Translations under genes and position numbers: made by a program
The notes under the pieces: generated by a model
Database searches by the model: none
Told to the model about the DNA's origin: nothing
The model's input: only the letters and a program-made list of their open reading frames with translations
In this document: piece by piece, positions 61,000 through 64,000 of the stretch
How the letters are laid out: every line of letters starts with the position of its first letter
Position numbering within the stretch: position 1 is the stretch's first letter
Assembly: GCA_036918135.1 (NCBI GenBank)
Contig: JBALDB010000067.1
Location: 1-64,000 of the forward strand
Direction of reading: 5' to 3'
Length of the DNA stretch: 64,000 nt
Origin: Nostoc sp.
Lineage (GTDB): Bacteria > Cyanobacteriota > Cyanobacteriia > Cyanobacteriales > Nostocaceae

Positions 61000-61445
61000 C
61001 CTCCTGCGCGTCTACGCTCCACTTCAAAGCCCCATCATTCCACCTCTGAACTAGGAAGTTGCACCTTTTTACACCAACTATCGAGTAAAAAGAGCGAATG
61101 CTCGACTTCTGAACTCGGAAGTTGCACCTTTTAACTCGACAGTTCGAGTTAAAAGGGTGATAGTTTGACCTTTAACCCTCGAAGTTGCACCTTTAACCCT
61201 CGAAATTGCGCCTTTAATCCTCGAAGTTGCACCTTTAATCCTCGAAATTGCGCCTTTAATCCTCGAAATTGCACCTTTAACCCTCAAAGTTGCACCTTTG
61301 AAGACGAACTATCAAGTAAAAAGAGCGTTGGCACAGCCTGCCGCAGGTATCGCTCTCCTTTAAATCCTGATCATTCCACCTTAAAACAAGAATGGCCGAG
61401 TCCTAAACAGGAATGGCTGAGTTCCGAACACGAAACTTACACCTT
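61000..61445. repeat. Tandem array with 21-bp period
   Basis: About 20 in-phase units. The core six at 61168-61293 read (a/g)cctttaa(c/t)cctc(g/a)aa(g/a)ttgc. Confidence 0.9.
61325..61353. mobile_element. HIP1 site interrupted by a 21-nt insert (SDR5-like)
   Basis: GCG + ttggcacagcctgccgcaggt (61328-61348) + ATCGC. Removing the insert restores a 21-nt unit agtaaaaagagcgatcgctct. Confidence 0.75.
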
Positions 61446-61559
61446 ATACCAATTCTGTATGAAGATGTACATAATCAAGACCCCCCTGTAGTCCTGCCTT
61501 GGTAAGGGGAGACGGCGTAGCCGGGGTAATATATGCAGCTTCATAAAGAAACGGTATTA
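61445..61559. mobile_element. MITE-like element with imperfect TIRs
   Basis: Ends tataccaattctgtatgaagatg and cagcttcataaagaaacggtatta, with an internal CCCCC...GGGGG hairpin. Confidence 0.65.
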
Positions 61560-61599
61560 AAACTCATGCATGAAAAAGGAATATCCCCTACACCCTTTT

Positions 61600-64000
61600 T
61601 CAAGTCAGGGAGTGACTTTTTAAAAGTGGTAGTTTGACTGTAAATGTTGCGCCTTGTTGTTCGCCAAGGCTATCTGCACGGATGGTGCCGCCATGTAATT
61701 CTACTAAATGACGCACGATCGCTAATCCTAGTCCTAATCCCCCATAGGTTCTGGTGCTAGAACTATCAGCTTGACGAAAACGTTCAAAAACGTGAGGCAG
61801 AAAATTAGCACTGATGCCAATCCCTGTGTCAATTACTTGAATTTGGGCATATTTGTTGGTTGTCTGTTGTTTTTCTTCACCATTGACTACTGACAATTGC
61901 ACCTCTACCCTTCCTTTTGGGGGTGTGAATTTGATGGCATTGGATAGCAAATTCCAGATAATTTGTTGGAAGCGATCGAAATCACCGGAAACTAAAAATC
62001 TTGAATCTTCACCTTTGAAACTGCCTTGTGGGTGTTGAGTGCTTGGGGATTGTGCTTGGAGATTTTCGGTTTCTGTTGAGGGAATCAGGGAAAATCTCAA
62101 ATCGATTTCCTTAGATTGGGCGGCTAAGCTAACAGTTTCTAAGCTCGACTCAATTATCGGCACTAAATTACAAGTACGGACATTAAGGCGTAATTTGCCT
62201 GTATTCATCCGCGATATATCCAGCAAATCTTCAATTAGCTGGGTTTGCGCCTTAGCGTTGCGCTCAATTGTCTCCATACCTTTAGCGATTTGGGTTTCGC
62301 TGAGCTTGCTGCGTTGCAACACTTGTGCCCAGCCAAGGATAGCATTCAGGGGCGATCGCAATTCATGGGACAATATCCCTAAAAACTCATCTTTTATCCG
62401 GTTAGCTTGTTGCAACTGCTCTGTTTGCTGCTGCAAAGATGCAATTAAACTAGCTCTTTCCATTGCGATCGCAATTTGGTCGCATACTGCTTGCATCATC
62501 CCCTTTTGATTTTCGGTGAAGCTTAGCCGAGTCCGACTGCCAAACGAAAGAGTACCTAACAACCGTCCCTGTGCGATTAATGGGTAACAATAATAAGCAC
62601 TAATGCCTAAAGAACGAATCAATTCTGTTTTCGGGTCAGTTGATTGCTGCACATTCTCTACAGCTATTGAATAGCGTTGCTGGGCTACAGTACCACAAAC
62701 TGCTTGACCAAATGGCAAGTACTGAATTTTATCTGCCAGTTCTGGGAAAATGCCACCGTAAGATTTTAACTGCATTACCTGAGAGTTATCCTCAATCAAA
62801 TAGTTGAAGTAAACATCTAAACCAATTTGCTCCGAGAGTTTTCGGAAGACACTATCGATTAATTCTATTGGTTGCTGGCTCGATAGCAGCTCGTTAGCTG
62901 TCTCAAAAAGTACCTTTAACCTCTGGTAACTCAAGGAAAGCGCTTCTTCTGCTTGCTTGCGTTCTGTAATATCTAAAAATGCCCCAACGCACCCTCTGGT
63001 GTTCCCTTCTTCGTCAAACAAAGGTGCAACGTACTCCAATAGTTTGACTATTTTTCCGTTTTCATGGATGACATCAAGTTCAACATCCAGAACTTCCACA
63101 CCATGAGCAGCAGAGTACTGCATGGGAAGTTCTTCTGTTGACAGTTCCCTTCCTTGGGAGTAAATTTTAAACTTTGTGGGTTTTTCATCAAAGGTAGCGC
63201 TCAGGGAAGCATTGGTATCTGACGATATGCCTAACTGCTTAGCAAAAGCAGGGTTGACCTTGATATTTTGGCATTCTGGATCTTTAGCAATGCCGATACC
63301 AATGGGAATTACCTCTAACAAAGTTTGTAATTCAGTGATGCGACGCTGTAGATCTCTGTTTAGTTGTAAAATTTGTTCCTTGGCCTGTTTTTGCTCGCTG
63401 ATGTTGCGAGTTACAGTCGCCAGAGCAATCGCTTCACCTGTGTTGTCTGTAACAGTAAAGATATTATAATCTACTGGTATCGCTTGGCCTGTTTGCAGAT
63501 GTCGGAAGCGGAATTCTCCCTGCCAACGCCCTTGTGATAACACAGTTGGCAGTATGTACTGTTGAAAATAGTCTTTGTCTTCGGGCATGACATAATCTAA
63601 TACTGCTTTTTGCTTTACCTCTTCAAGGCTTGCAAGCCCTACTAACTTTTGAGCTGCATCATTTATATAAAGTAATTCTCCCTCAAGGGTGGCGATACCA
63701 ATAAAATCAGAGCTATTTTCTACCAACGATACTAATTTTTGTTGCTCTGCTTGTGCTTGCTTGCGTTCGCTCAAATCAAGGACAAACGCTACTGACTCTT
63801 CGCGTTTTTCTCCTAACAGCACATAACCAACTAAAATCGGGATTCGGCTACCATCTTTGCGAATGTATTCTTTCTGGTACGGTGTACAAGTACCTTTGGA
63901 GTTTCCCTTTGCTTCGATGATACCTTGTTGGTCTAAATATCGATGCTCTGGAACTGTGATCTCTCTCCAACTTAATCCGCCTGCTAACACATCTTCTTGC
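61600..64000 (-). CDS. PAS/PAS/PAS-GAF sensor histidine kinase (5' end beyond the window)
   Basis: PAS/PAC motifs, GAF, H-box [25 protein letters not shown] and GGLGLGL. The frame stays open to the window edge. Confidence 0.92.
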   Translation of the reverse strand, partial: QEDVLAGGLSWREITVPEHRYLDQQGIIEAKGNSKGTCTPYQKEYIRKDGSRIPILVGYVLLGEKREESVAFVLDLSERKQAQAEQQKLVSLVENSSDFIGIATLEGELLYINDAAQKLVGLASLEEVKQKAVLDYVMPEDKDYFQQYILPTVLSQGRWQGEFRFRHLQTGQAIPVDYNIFTVTDNTGEAIALATVTRNISEQKQAKEQILQLNRDLQRRITELQTLLEVIPIGIGIAKDPECQNIKVNPAFAKQLGISSDTNASLSATFDEKPTKFKIYSQGRELSTEELPMQYSAAHGVEVLDVELDVIHENGKIVKLLEYVAPLFDEEGNTRGCVGAFLDITERKQAEEALSLSYQRLKVLFETANELLSSQQPIELIDSVFRKLSEQIGLDVYFNYLIEDNSQVMQLKSYGGIFPELADKIQYLPFGQAVCGTVAQQRYSIAVENVQQSTDPKTELIRSLGISAYYCYPLIAQGRLLGTLSFGSRTRLSFTENQKGMMQAVCDQIAIAMERASLIASLQQQTEQLQQANRIKDEFLGILSHELRSPLNAILGWAQVLQRSKLSETQIAKGMETIERNAKAQTQLIEDLLDISRMNTGKLRLNVRTCNLVPIIESSLETVSLAAQSKEIDLRFSLIPSTETENLQAQSPSTQHPQGSFKGEDSRFLVSGDFDRFQQIIWNLLSNAIKFTPPKGRVEVQLSVVNGEEKQQTTNKYAQIQVIDTGIGISANFLPHVFERFRQADSSSTRTYGGLGLGLAIVRHLVELHGGTIRADSLGEQQGATFTVKLPLLKSHSLT

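Noticed and set aside
61000..61445. CRISPR array
   Set aside because: Units are contiguous 21-mers with no unique spacers, and no cas genes are in the window.
61078..61491. ORFs of 69 aa (minus) and 108 aa (plus) as real genes
   Set aside because: They arise from the 21-bp periodicity, and the plus ORF runs through inserted elements.

Overview
64 kb of chromosome from a filamentous, probably heterocyst-forming (Nostocales-type) cyanobacterium. The assignment rests on frequent HIP1 octamers (GCGATCGC), 7-nt STRR tandem repeats, small dispersed repeats, and chlP, DUF29, Uma2, DUF928 and DUF1822 genes. A housekeeping backbone (cysA, chlP, uvsE, Hsp70-like, mfd, aqpZ, dxs, mtnA, prlC, pip, RluA-family) is interleaved with accessory loci. 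I saw no rRNA, tRNA, CRISPR array, transposase, integrase or reverse transcriptase. The main observations beyond the ORF track are: (1) an LRR-Roc-COR-TIR (Roco) receptor-like gene built from sixteen near-identical 69-bp modules that vary mainly at the ligand-binding face, with a ~450-bp array of 21-bp period upstream of its start; (2) a decayed hot spot at 14.7-16.2 kb, where a DUF6888-like gene appears split in register around an internally deleted TIR-TPR gene and an antitoxin stub; (3) a diverged second copy of the pip 3' end bracketing a DUF4347-lectin-LamG gene; (4) an unannotated cupin pseudogene; (5) two 21-nt insertions into HIP1 sites, nested MITE-like elements, and in-frame repeat insertions in mfd and the RluA gene; (6) two caspase-fold signalling loci. 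All family assignments come from motif recognition by eye; no database searches were run.
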